NCBI GenBank assembly: GCA_963772455.1
Contig: CAVYXJ010000010.1
Coordinates: 192,001-256,000, forward strand
Source of the DNA: Candidatus Bathyarchaeota archaeon
GTDB taxonomy: Archaea; Thermoproteota; Bathyarchaeia; Bathyarchaeales; Bathycorpusculaceae
DNA: 64,000 nt
Reading direction: 5' to 3'
In this document: positions 10,516-20,105 of the stretch, in pieces
How positions within the stretch are numbered: position 1 is the stretch's first letter
Layout of the letters: every line of letters starts with the position of its first letter
Made by a program: the position numbers and the translations under genes
The notes under the pieces: generated by a model
The model's input: the letters and a program-made list of their open reading frames with translations, nothing else
The model's database searches: none
Told to the model about the DNA's origin: nothing

Positions 10516-11853
10516 AGTTTTCACTGCAGCGATACCATAGACATTGCCTTTGAGCAGCATCTTAAACACATAGCTAACTCGTAAATAGAAATCCTGGTAA
10601 GCCTTGTAACGAAGCTCAACTAGTTTCTCCATGCTTAAAGAAGGCGTCTCAAAAGTTGGACCAGCAGTATCATACTTATCAAAATCGGTAACTCTTAGCC
10701 AACCATTCTTCTTTACCAATTCATACATTGGTGTTCCAGGATAAGGCGTGGCAATATAGAAACCCACATCATCAGGATTCAACTCTTTAACGAAACGGAT
10801 AGTTTCTCGAGCAGTCTGTTCGGTTTCACCTGGAAACCCCAAAACAACATTAGCAATAGTCATCAATCCCAACTGATGCGCGGTCTTGTATGCCAATCTG
10901 GTTTGATCCAGCTTAATGCGTTTGTTCATAGCTCCAAGAATAGCTTCAGAACCAGACTCTACTCCTAACCAAACTGCAAAACAACCCGCATCCCGCATAG
11001 TTTTCAACAATTCTCGGTCAACCATATCAACGCGAGTGCCGCAATCCCATTTTATATGCAACTTTCTAGCTTGCAGTTCCTCACAAATTTTGATAACCCG
11101 GTTGCGGTCAACACTAAATGCATCATCATAAAACGTAACTTGGTCAACACCATACCTGTCATGGACCAACTGCATTTCATCTACAACGTTTTTAGGACTG
11201 CGCATTCGATAGCCTCTGCCAAACATGCGCACAGTGCTGCAGAAGTCACACCAAAAGACACATCCACGACTGCTTACCAACGGGAAAATTATTTTACCAT
11301 TATGCTTTAGACTTTCAAGCGGCATCAAGTGATGAGCTGGAAAAGGAAGAGAATCTAAATCTTCAATGAAAGGCCTATCTCCATTGCGAACAATTTTATC
11401 CGCGTTTCTATAAGTGATGCCTAACACCTCATTGAAGCTGGATTTATTCTGGATCTTATCCATAAGCTCAATGAACGTTTGCTCACCCTCTCGACGCACA
11501 ACAATATCTAAACTTTGAGATTCTTGAAGCGCGTTTTCATCCCAAAAGGACCCATGTGACCCGCCAAGCATCGTGACTGCTTGCGGCTGAACTTGTTTAG
11601 CAATTTCGATTAACTTCATTGCAGAATTATAAAGCAGCGTTGTTGCAGTTACCCCAATTATGTCAGATGGCGTATGTGAAATACGCTCGCGAAAGCTTTC
11701 ATAATTAAGTTTCTCAGCTTGACAATCGATTACTGTAACCTGGTGACCTGCATTCTCCGCAACAGCACCCAAATACCCTAATCCTAACGGAATAAACGGT
11801 GGATGCGAATGGCCACTTTGTGGATAAGGCGGATTAACTAGGGTAATTTTCAT
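10474..11853 (-). CDS. Cobalamin-dependent radical SAM enzyme (class B) #1
   Basis: N-terminal B12-binding domain (PLGLGYLGA, GGSH), SSRGCVFWCDFC, FYDD, GVESGS and PYPGT. Confidence 0.9.
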   Translation of the reverse strand: MKITLVNPPYPQSGHSHPPFIPLGLGYLGAVAENAGHQVTVIDCQAEKLNYESFRERISHTPSDIIGVTATTLLYNSAMKLIEIAKQVQPQAVTMLGGSHGSFWDENALQESQSLDIVVRREGEQTFIELMDKIQNKSSFNEVLGITYRNADKIVRNGDRPFIEDLDSLPFPAHHLMPLESLKHNGKIIFPLVSSRGCVFWCDFCSTVRMFGRGYRMRSPKNVVDEMQLVHDRYGVDQVTFYDDAFSVDRNRVIKICEELQARKLHIKWDCGTRVDMVDRELLKTMRDAGCFAVWLGVESGSEAILGAMNKRIKLDQTRLAYKTAHQLGLMTIANVVLGFPGETEQTARETIRFVKELNPDDVGFYIATPYPGTPMYELVKKNGWLRVTDFDKYDTAGPTFETPSLSMEKLVELRYKAYQDFYLRVSYVFKMLLKGNVYGIAAVKTSGAYLLRYLHIRP

Positions 11854-11990
11854 TTCAGATAGCCTGTGCAAAGGAGATTCTATGTTGGATTAAATATATT
11901 GCTTTCTTTAATTTCCAAAAAATAAGGCTCAATTGTTATTTGATATTTGATTTATTATGAATAAAAAATATTGAGTAAAGAAACGATTGT

Positions 11991-13377
11991 TTAGGAGAGT
12001 TTTATGTGCATTGCCCTAAGAGCATACGCCGCGGATGTTTTAAGTCCAGATCTCCCATATGTTCCGCCTTTGAGCATCATCTTAAACACGTAGCTAGGTC
12101 GCAAGTAAAACTTTTGATGTGCCTTGTATTTAATTTCCCGAATCTTTTCCATACTTAACTCAGGGGTCTCAAAAGTCGGGGTAGCTGTATCATATTTGTT
12201 AAAGTCGGTTACTCGAAGCCACCCGTTTTTAACTACTTGCTCATACATTGGGGTACCCGGATACGGTGTTGCTACATAGAAACCAATATCATCTGGGTTT
12301 AATGAATTGATAAAGTTGATTGTCTCCCAAGCAGTCTCCTCTGTTTCACCAGGAAAACCGATGACAGCACTGGCTATGGTCATCATACCAGCCTTCTGCG
12401 ACATCTTGAAAGCTGCGCGGACTCCTTCAGGCTTTATTTTTTTATGCATCTGATCTAAGATTCTTTCTGAACCAGACTCAACACCAAACCATATGGTTAT
12501 GCATCCAGCATCATGCATTTTTTCAAGTAATTCTTTGTCAACGGCATCAACTCGGGTTTCACAATCCCAAGTAACATCTAATTTACGGGCTTTGATATCC
12601 GCGCACATTTCAAGTGTATGCTGACGGTTAACTGTGAATGCGTCGTCGTAAAATGTGAATTGGCTCTGCCCATACTTGTTATGCAGCATCTCCATATCGT
12701 CTACAACCATTTTGGGACTACGTACACGGTAACCTCTGCCAAACATTCGTACTGTGCTGCAGAAGTCACACCATTGGACACATCCACGACTGGTTACTAT
12801 TGGAAAAATAGTTTTTCCCATGCGGTGATAGGAGTCCAAGAGGAAGCAAATGATAAGCTGGAGAAGGCAACGAATCTAGTTCGAGCAGGAAGGGTCTGTC
12901 TTCATTACGTATGATTTTTCCGTTGCTCCCACGGAATGTGGTGCCTAAGACTCCTTCAAAATTCTTTTTCGCTTCAATACGCTGCAATAATTCAAGAAAC
13001 GTCAATTCGCCTTCACGACGCACAATTACGTCAATAGCCTGAGATTCGTTTAGGGCGTTTTCATCCCAAAAGCTCACGTGGCTTCCGCCAATCATTGTAA
13101 CTGCGTTTGGCTGTTCTTCTTTTGTAATTTCCATTATTGTTTTAGCTGAATTATAAAGAAGCGTAGTTGACGTTACTCCAACTACTTCAGATGGAACCTG
13201 CTTAATTTTTTGTCTGAAGGTATCATAAGTTAATTTTTCACCTTGGCAGTCGATTACTGTGACTTGGTGTCCTTCTTTTTCGGCGACTGCTCCCAGATAG
13301 GCTAAGCCCAATGGGATGAAGGGTGGATGTGAATGTGCATTTGGAGGATAGGGTGGATTAATGAGAGTAATTTTCAA
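11991..13377 (-). CDS. Cobalamin-dependent radical SAM enzyme (class B) #2 (single frameshift near 12838)
   Basis: ORFs 12766..13377 and 11991..12839 join by removing one G. TSRGCVQWCDFC. Close paralog of #1. Confidence 0.88.
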
Positions 13378-13646
13378 GGTAGTTTCGCCCTTTTAGTGAT
13401 GGTTGTACGCTAGATGGATTATATAGTTTTCTAAATAAAACCAAAAACACGAAAAACCATGCTTTAAGAAGAAAAGGCTCTTAAAACAAATCGGTTAATG
13501 GTGTCTAAAAGAAAGAAGGCAATGTCCACTTGTTTAATTACGATTAGGGTTCATCTTGGTGATGCTAGTGCTCAAAGCGAACTGTCTAACCCATTTTTAT
13601 CAGTTGCTATCTGACTTTTTGTTGAGTAAGCTAAAAGTTTGGGGGT

Positions 13647-13781
13647 TTAACGCCTGAAGGTAAGCATGTGTGCTTTATGAGTAACCATTCGGTGATTGCG
13701 AAGTTCCTCGGGATTTTGAAAACTTGATGAACAAATTCTGCATTTAAATTTTTCTTGGATTAATTTTTCGTAAGTATACAT
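13647..13781 (-). CDS. 44-aa classical C2H2 zinc-finger microprotein
   Basis: Hand translation MYTYEKLIQEKFKCRICSSSFQNPEELRNHRMVTHKAHMLTFRR matches F-x-C-x2-C-x3-F-x5-L-x2-H-x4-H. GAGAAGG SD-like sequence upstream. Confidence 0.8.
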   Translation of the reverse strand: MYTYEKLIQEKFKCRICSSSFQNPEELRNHRMVTHKAHMLTFRR

Positions 13782-14004
13782 CAAATATAGCCTTCTCAAT
13801 TGTTCTCTTGCAAAAATAAGTCTTTTACAAGCTCATTAGATAATGGGTTCTGCATGCTTATAAATGCATGATGCTTTATTATCCAAAACAAGGTTAAACC
13901 AAGCGTTAATGCTTGATACGGTTTGTTCTAATAGGCATCCTAAATAGTTACGGTGTATAGTAATAGCTGAAATCCTGTTGGAAAGTCAAGGAGGGACAAT
14001 ACGA

Positions 14005-14169
14005 TTGAAGAAAAAGACCAAACTTAAGAGTAAAGGAACAAAATACTACCAGAATACTCACGGCAAAGTCTACAGAGTAAAACCAAACCCTAAAGCAAAC
14101 AAACGAAAGCTTTTGCAAAAACGCCAGAGAAAAATAGATGCACAAATTAAGGCAACTACAACAGCCTAA
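14005..14169 (+). CDS. Small highly basic protein (54 aa)
   Basis: TTG start behind an AAGGAGG SD. K/R-rich sequence followed by T-rich tract. Confidence 0.65.
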   Translation: MKKKTKLKSKGTKYYQNTHGKVYRVKPNPKANKRKLLQKRQRKIDAQIKATTTA

Positions 14170-14497
14170 ACTTTCCCCTTATAATTCCGACTTAATTATA
14201 ATTTTTATTTATTAATTCTATATTCTTGTTGCTTCATTTTACTAAGTGAAGAGTTTCATTTGTTATTTGGTTATATCAACTGAGCAATTGGTCATTTTCA
14301 AGTACCCCTCAAAAGGCAAATGATCAGCCTTGAATCTGACTATAAATTAATTGAATTCTATTCTGGGACGAAGCAATTTTGAGAAGAATCGGACAAAACC
14401 ATATCAACGAACAGGATGCAAAGGTTGCATTTACAAACCAAACTCTTTCTGATAGAACCAATGTCCCGTCAACATTTGGCTAACTCTAAACGAATGA

Positions 14498-14740
14498 TTA
14501 AACTGTACCATTTGGGTGTTTTAACATCCAACTCTCAGCAAACGTGTCAGCTTTAGATTTAGAGGGGTAATCAGGTGAGATTGTTTTACCTTCTTCCTTA
14601 CCGCTTTTTCCAGACTCGAAGAGCCGAACATGATAGTCGTTGCTGAAATCTTTTTTTGAAACAATTACAGTTTGCCCAGTTACATCGTTAAGGTAACCAC
14701 AATCGTGACTCAGCATCTTCCAACCCTTAATTATCTTCAT
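14498..14740 (-). CDS. Hypothetical protein (80 aa)
   Basis: ATG-started ORF with protein-like composition and an AAGGTAGTGAAG purine tract upstream. Confidence 0.6.
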   Translation of the reverse strand: MKIIKGWKMLSHDCGYLNDVTGQTVIVSKKDFSNDYHVRLFESGKSGKEEGKTISPDYPSKSKADTFAESWMLKHPNGTV

Positions 14741-14873
14741 ATTCTATCTTCACTACCTTATTTTTTTCAGTCTTTTGAAATATAAAATCTGCGCACAATC
14801 AAATATAATTAGGATACATCTAACTTAAAACTATAGAGCAAAAAAAATAAAAACTAAAAAGAAGAAAAGGAAA

Positions 14874-15776
14874 TTACTTGTAGAGTTTTTCCCAGCGGCT
14901 AAATAGATCCAATACTTCGTCGCCGCCGTGATCTTTGAGGAATTCACGTGTTTCCTTATCTTCGGCTGCTTCTTTCTGGAACTTTTGAATATATTCAGCT
15001 TTTTCAGCAAGGAAAATGATTCCATCAACGCCTTGTCTTGCAACTCGGGTTGCAACAGTCATGATCTGTTTTGTTGGTGCAACAGTATCCCAAGTTTCGT
15101 TTGGACCGCGAACGTAGAAATTTACAAAGACTGGCTTTTTGAGGAAGCTTTTGTAGCCTCTTGCGATTGTTTCCCAGTACCAAGGTGTTGGATATGCTTT
15201 GCTGAACATTGGTATGACAAAGTAGTCAGCGTATTGTGCCATGGCTTCAAAGTCATATCCGAAGCGTTCTTTGCCCATTAATGGGTCAGGAAGACAGTTA
15301 ACGAAGAGGGGTTTACCGGATACTACTTCTTTAACTTCAGCAAGGAAGTCAGTTACCACTTTTGCTCTCCAATCAACCCATTTTAAGCCACTTTTTCTTT
15401 GTTGTTCTATGCATCTTGGGCAAGTGCAGAAATGTTGGTCGGCAAAATGTTGGCTGCTGATGCTAATTCCTGGGGTGATTTTAGCAGTTTCAGCGATAAT
15501 TTTTAAGTTATATTCTCTGGCTTCTGGGTTAGTCATGCATACGACGTCCCAGCGCAAGTTAAAGCGTTTGTTTGTACGGAGTGCTGGACCAAAAGAGCTT
15601 ACCGATACCCAGTCAGGCCGTTTTGCAGCCATGTTATTGTCGCCGAAAACTGCGATGTTAGTGTACATTTTTGGATTTGGTTTTCCAACGATTCCTGATT
15701 CTGATTTTTGACGATAGAAGTTATAGTCGACGCCTTCAACAGGCTCGGGTTGATAGAGAAATACGCCGAATTTCAA
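14874..15776 (-). CDS. Glycoside-hydrolase-like TIM-barrel protein with a four-Cys metal site (paralog A)
   Basis: VVCMTNP...HFADQHFCTCPRC, a C...CxCxxC pattern as in GH42/GHL-type barrels. Similar along its length to 17182..18066. Confidence 0.55.
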   Translation of the reverse strand: MKFGVFLYQPEPVEGVDYNFYRQKSESGIVGKPNPKMYTNIAVFGDNNMAAKRPDWVSVSSFGPALRTNKRFNLRWDVVCMTNPEAREYNLKIIAETAKITPGISISSQHFADQHFCTCPRCIEQQRKSGLKWVDWRAKVVTDFLAEVKEVVSGKPLFVNCLPDPLMGKERFGYDFEAMAQYADYFVIPMFSKAYPTPWYWETIARGYKSFLKKPVFVNFYVRGPNETWDTVAPTKQIMTVATRVARQGVDGIIFLAEKAEYIQKFQKEAAEDKETREFLKDHGGDEVLDLFSRWEKLYK

Positions 15777-15845
15777 GTTTAATACACCATTTTTCTGTTG
15801 TTTTTGTTTACGGAATAAAAGTGCAAGTTATTTAAGTCTTTTCAG

Positions 15846-16883
15846 TTAAGGCGCAGATTGCGCGTTTCTAACAATATTGATCAAAGTATGTTTTAAGAAA
15901 GGAGGCAAATCTACAAATTCATAATTTGGTGTTTTTGTACTTTCAAGTTTGTTTTGTGTACACAGCCCAAAGAATTTACTTGTCTGTATCCAATCCTTAA
16001 AGTCAGCTGGCAAAAGGTTCTTTTTGAAGTCATCATCCATCTTCGCCGCCGCCAATAAGAGCATCAAATAAACATGGTTCTTTTTTAGAATTTCAGCCAA
16101 GCTCTCTGCGTTTACTGTTAACCCCTCTACTTTGGATATTTCAGACACCAACTTCTCAACTGAAAGATGGCGTTCCTTGAGTCTGTCCAACACAGTTCGA
16201 CATGCCCATACTGGTTCCTGCTTGAGCAACGCTTCTGTAACAGCTTTTCTTGTACAAAAACCCACAAGCTTGCCCAGCTTTGAGGCTGGACCCCCCAAAC
16301 TTAACGGTCTGCCTAAACAATTTGAAGCAATTGTAACGCTATCAGTTATCGAACCTGTCGCCGAATCACCTGTATACCTACTTCGAATATCAAAATCTCT
16401 TAGCACTGCCGATTTTGCTTCAGTAGCAGTGATTAATGCAGCGACCATACAACTCTCCGACGGGTTACCATCGATTAATACGATAATGTTTATTGTGCCG
16501 ACAATTTCTTGAACATCCATCTCTTCCCCTGATGACTCACCATGTGAACATCCAGCCGTTGCAATTACATTTACAGAAAAATCGGTATCTTTCTTTGAAA
16601 CTAAACTATAATTTTTTATTTTTGCAGCTGTGACCATCGCAAGGTAATCTTTAGTTAATCCAACCTTTGCCGCGGATGAAGTTATAAGTTCTAGAGGGTT
16701 AAGGTGCAAGGAACGGTCACTGTATCCTTCAGGTACGCCTACATTGAGGACGGCTTTAACCTGCTTGAACCCGCCATTATAGAAAGCTGAGCTAACTGTC
16801 TTTAAAGAAGAATCGCAGAAAACAGCTATAACATTTTCTTTAACGATAAGGTTAACGTTGTTTGCGAGGCTAATTTGCTCCAA
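15846..16883 (-). CDS. cbiZ: Adenosylcobinamide amidohydrolase CbiZ with a C-terminal CobZ-like extension
   Basis: GTINIIVLIDG, ALITATEAKS, ATGSITDSV and GPASKLGKLVG. C-terminal RLKERHLS...LLLAA...LPPFL resembles archaeal CobZ. Confidence 0.8.
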   Translation of the reverse strand: MEQISLANNVNLIVKENVIAVFCDSSLKTVSSAFYNGGFKQVKAVLNVGVPEGYSDRSLHLNPLELITSSAAKVGLTKDYLAMVTAAKIKNYSLVSKKDTDFSVNVIATAGCSHGESSGEEMDVQEIVGTINIIVLIDGNPSESCMVAALITATEAKSAVLRDFDIRSRYTGDSATGSITDSVTIASNCLGRPLSLGGPASKLGKLVGFCTRKAVTEALLKQEPVWACRTVLDRLKERHLSVEKLVSEISKVEGLTVNAESLAEILKKNHVYLMLLLAAAKMDDDFKKNLLPADFKDWIQTSKFFGLCTQNKLESTKTPNYEFVDLPPFLKHTLINIVRNAQSAP

Positions 16884-16904
16884 ATTCGCCCTAAGCCTCC
16901 AATC

Positions 16905-17123
16905 CTATTTTTTTTGGGTGCTAACAGTTATAGTGATGGCTTTACTAGGGCACAAATTCACACAAACTCCACACTTTGTACATTGAACAAGAGTGATAAC
17001 TTGGGGTTTTCTATTCTTGCCTTCTTCTAATGCACCCTGTGGACAAACACCAATACAGATTTGCCCCGTGCAGGGACCACATTTAGTTGCGTCAATTGTG
17101 ATTGGAGATTTATGCTTGTCCAT
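16905..17123 (-). CDS. [4Fe-4S] dicluster ferredoxin
   Basis: CGPCTGQICIGVCP and CTKCGVCVNLCP. Confidence 0.85.
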   Translation of the reverse strand: MDKHKSPITIDATKCGPCTGQICIGVCPQGALEEGKNRKPQVITLVQCTKCGVCVNLCPSKAITITVSTQKK

Positions 17124-17181
17124 TTGAATCAACAATTAAATAAGCGCCAAGAATATATTTGTTGCGAGCAAGGAATTGGGC

Positions 17182-18066
17182 ATGAAAATAGGCTTAGTCA
17201 CATACAAACCTGAATATGTTGAGGGCTTTGACCTTCACGTTTACTATTCCAAATGGGTCGACGGACAAGTTTTTCCTGCGGCAAAAGGCATGCAAAACGA
17301 TGTTACAGTTTTATGTGATGCCAAAGCAATCCGTGAAGACCCAAGCCTTGTCGCCCTTTCAAAAACCGGTCCGGCGCTGCGAAGCAATAAGAGAAGTCAT
17401 TTTGTCTTTGACTATGTTTGCCCGACACATCCAAGTTACCGGGCTAAAGTTATGGATTACATCGAAGGATTAAGCAAAGAAAAAATTCTTGGTGTAACAC
17501 TTAATCTCTATCATTTTCCAGACCAAGACTTCTGTATCTGCCCCAGGTGCACAGAACAAAGGCAGAAGAGCGGTCTAAACTGGACACAATGGCGAGCTCA
17601 AACAATCACAGAATTGCTAAAAGAAGCTAAATCGAAAATTAGTGGAACGTTTGCTGTTGAAATTTACCCCGATCCAGTTTTAGCTAAAGAACGTTTTGGC
17701 ATAGACCTTGAAGCAATCGGGAACCTGGTGGATTATTTCCATGTACCCTTATCCTCACGCGATTATTTAACAAGCTATTGGGTAGATATACTAACTCGGG
17801 ATTTCGTTGCAATCCTAAAAAAGCCAATTGTTGTTGAGTTGAGTGCCGAAATGCCAACAGATGAAAAACTCAACGCCCTACTTAGAACAACAGCTTATAT
17901 TTCACGGCATAACTTGGACGCAGTATTGCTACTTGTTCATGATTCTGAAAACGCCCGACAAGTCGCACAATTTGCTGTACACAACAGTGACTTTCGAGAC
18001 TGGATAGAAAAATACGAGTTTACAGAAATGCAACGCGTCGTGGATGGTTGGGCTAAACTTTACTGA
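17182..18066 (+). CDS. Glycoside-hydrolase-like TIM-barrel protein with a four-Cys metal site (paralog B)
   Basis: GPALRSNKR, YVCPTHP, HFPDQDFCICPRC, QKSGLNWTQWRA and PDPVLAKERFG, all shared with paralog A. Confidence 0.55.
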   Translation: MKIGLVTYKPEYVEGFDLHVYYSKWVDGQVFPAAKGMQNDVTVLCDAKAIREDPSLVALSKTGPALRSNKRSHFVFDYVCPTHPSYRAKVMDYIEGLSKEKILGVTLNLYHFPDQDFCICPRCTEQRQKSGLNWTQWRAQTITELLKEAKSKISGTFAVEIYPDPVLAKERFGIDLEAIGNLVDYFHVPLSSRDYLTSYWVDILTRDFVAILKKPIVVELSAEMPTDEKLNALLRTTAYISRHNLDAVLLLVHDSENARQVAQFAVHNSDFRDWIEKYEFTEMQRVVDGWAKLY

Positions 18067-18805
18067 GTTGTGCTCTGTAGTCTCTAAGCATTTTCATATC
18101 CAGATCCGCGCTCAATATGGAGTCTTTGGGTGAGTCAGCAACTTCACCAAGAACACCCCAAGGTGCAATGATGGCACTTCGGCCTCCCCGCATATTTGAA
18201 CAAACATTCCCAACTTTAAGTATATAGAAACCAAAGTTTTTTGCAATCCCAACTGTAAGTGGGTGGCCTTGAACAGTTGGGTGGGTCCCCATAGCAGCCA
18301 CTGGTAACGAGACAATTTCTGCGCCCAGGGCTGCAACAGCCTTGACAACCTCAGGGTTGAAGGTGTCTGCACAAACTATCATTCCTAACTTGCCAAAATC
18401 AGTGTTTACAACCATTGGTAAGGATCCTTTGGTTACACCCGCTTCAATTTCAGCTTTTATTGGACTAATTTTCTTATATTTTGCCAACAATTCGCCATTT
18501 CTCCAAAGAGTGCTTGTATTATAGTATTTTTCACATTCTTCTTCCAAAACCGTTCCACCAAGAAGATAAATGCCGTTGATAGTCTTGGAGATTTCTTTAA
18601 GGAAAGCTATAGTTTTTGAAGCGGTTTGTTTGCTGATTTTTGGGGCGTTGGTGAAGTCTGCCATACAATTTGGAACCGTGAAGTACTCTGGTAGAGCAAT
18701 TAATGCTGGGTTTTGTTCTGCGGCTTTAAGGACCGCAGTTTTGGCTGCTGTTAGGTTGTCTTCAAGTGTGTCACGGATTTCCATGTGGAGTATGCTTACT
18801 TTCAT
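18053..18805 (-). CDS. Carbon-nitrogen hydrolase (nitrilase superfamily amidase)
   Basis: Catalytic triad motifs LPEYF, YKK and IVCAD, plus GRSAIIAPWG. Confidence 0.85.
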   Translation of the reverse strand: MKVSILHMEIRDTLEDNLTAAKTAVLKAAEQNPALIALPEYFTVPNCMADFTNAPKISKQTASKTIAFLKEISKTINGIYLLGGTVLEEECEKYYNTSTLWRNGELLAKYKKISPIKAEIEAGVTKGSLPMVVNTDFGKLGMIVCADTFNPEVVKAVAALGAEIVSLPVAAMGTHPTVQGHPLTVGIAKNFGFYILKVGNVCSNMRGGRSAIIAPWGVLGEVADSPKDSILSADLDMKMLRDYRAQLSKV

Positions 18806-19021
18806 GTTAGAGCCTCAATTTATCGGATTATGACTTTTGTTTTTGAACATTTAAACTTAGTTGATGGCTATGTTAATTGATCATTTTGAATTATGAGTAG
18901 CATTATGTTCAAAAAACATGGTTATTTCTGCACAAATGTTTATCAATTACCGTCTTTTATATGCACGCGGATAAACTTATATACTGCCTGAACGACAAAC
19001 TCAGTAATGCGAGGGACAGAA

Positions 19022-20005
19022 ATGACAATTAATGAAACAGAAGTTAACAAACTCTTGCCTGAAGTAAGAACTTTAATCAATAAAGTCGTCAAGAAAAACA
19101 TGGCAGATGGCTTCCTCTTTTCTGCTGGAACAGACACCCAAATAATCGCTTATGAAGCAGTCAAATACAACCCAGACATCCCATGCCTTACCTTAGCCTT
19201 CAAACATGGACAACCCAAAGACACCGAATACGTCAAAAAGATGGTTGAACTCCTACATCTAAAGCATGAAACCTACCAATTTGGCAAAGAAGACGTAATG
19301 AAATTTTTCCCCAAAGTTGTAGAAGCACTCAAAAAATATGACCCAATGGAAATTCGAAACAGTCTCCCCGTATACATAGGTTTAACCCTTCTAAAACCAA
19401 AGGGTATAAAGACAGTTTTCACAGGAGACGCATTAGACGAACTTTTCGGTTACCCATGGCAATTCCACCTCTCAGAAGAACAATTCGCAGTAAAGCAACA
19501 AGAGATGTGGGCAGAAATGGGCTTTTCATCATTCCCAATGGCGGAATCTTTAGGAATGCAAATCAAAGCACCCTACCGAGACCCAGAATTTATGGCTTGG
19601 GCAATGAAGCTACCAATCAAATACAAAATTAACATGAACAACGGCGTAAAATACGGAAAATGGATATTGCGCAAAGCCTACGAAGACGTCATACCTAAGG
19701 ATATCATCTGGAGACCCAAAGCACCACTCGAAGCAGGAACCGGAACAGAAACACTTCGAACATACTTCAACGACATGATAACTGACAAAGAGTTTAACGA
19801 GAAGAAAGAAGCAATCAAAACAGCAGACGATGTGGAAATTCAGGACAAAGAACAGCTTCTTTACTACGAGGTCTTCCGCAAGAAATTCGGCAAACCCAAA
19901 GATGTCTTCCCAAAGATTGAAGGCGGAGTTCAGTGCCCCAAGTGCCACAGTTACATCAAAACTAAAATCCAGTTCTGCAAAACCTGCGGAGCTTACCCCA
20001 TCTAA
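19022..20005 (+). CDS. Asparagine-synthetase-like ATP-dependent amide ligase (no glutaminase domain) with a C-terminal Zn ribbon
   Basis: PP-loop variant FSAGTDT, TGDALDELFGYP, KWILRKAYE...WRPK, and CPKC...CKTCGAYP. Confidence 0.8.
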   Translation: MTINETEVNKLLPEVRTLINKVVKKNMADGFLFSAGTDTQIIAYEAVKYNPDIPCLTLAFKHGQPKDTEYVKKMVELLHLKHETYQFGKEDVMKFFPKVVEALKKYDPMEIRNSLPVYIGLTLLKPKGIKTVFTGDALDELFGYPWQFHLSEEQFAVKQQEMWAEMGFSSFPMAESLGMQIKAPYRDPEFMAWAMKLPIKYKINMNNGVKYGKWILRKAYEDVIPKDIIWRPKAPLEAGTGTETLRTYFNDMITDKEFNEKKEAIKTADDVEIQDKEQLLYYEVFRKKFGKPKDVFPKIEGGVQCPKCHSYIKTKIQFCKTCGAYPI

Positions 20006-20105
20006 TTTTCTTTCTATTTTTTAATCTTTTGAATATAGCTAATTTTGGGAAAACCTTAATTCTTTAGTTTTATTATTTGTGAAAACTAAAGAGAGAGAAT
20101 AATAC

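Noticed and set aside
13559-13614. Possible C/D box sRNA (GTGATGC ... CTGA followed by T-tract)
   Set aside because: The C box is imperfect, no convincing C'/D' boxes are present, and no rRNA or tRNA-complementary guide could be identified by eye.
15241-16512. Long antisense ORFs here and elsewhere (e.g. 8695..9081, 47786..48280, 57484..57927)
   Set aside because: They fully overlap well-supported genes on the opposite strand and have shadow-ORF composition.
19022-20005. Lasso peptide cyclase
   Set aside because: It is too short, and no transglutaminase-like leader peptidase, RRE or lasso precursor is seen nearby.
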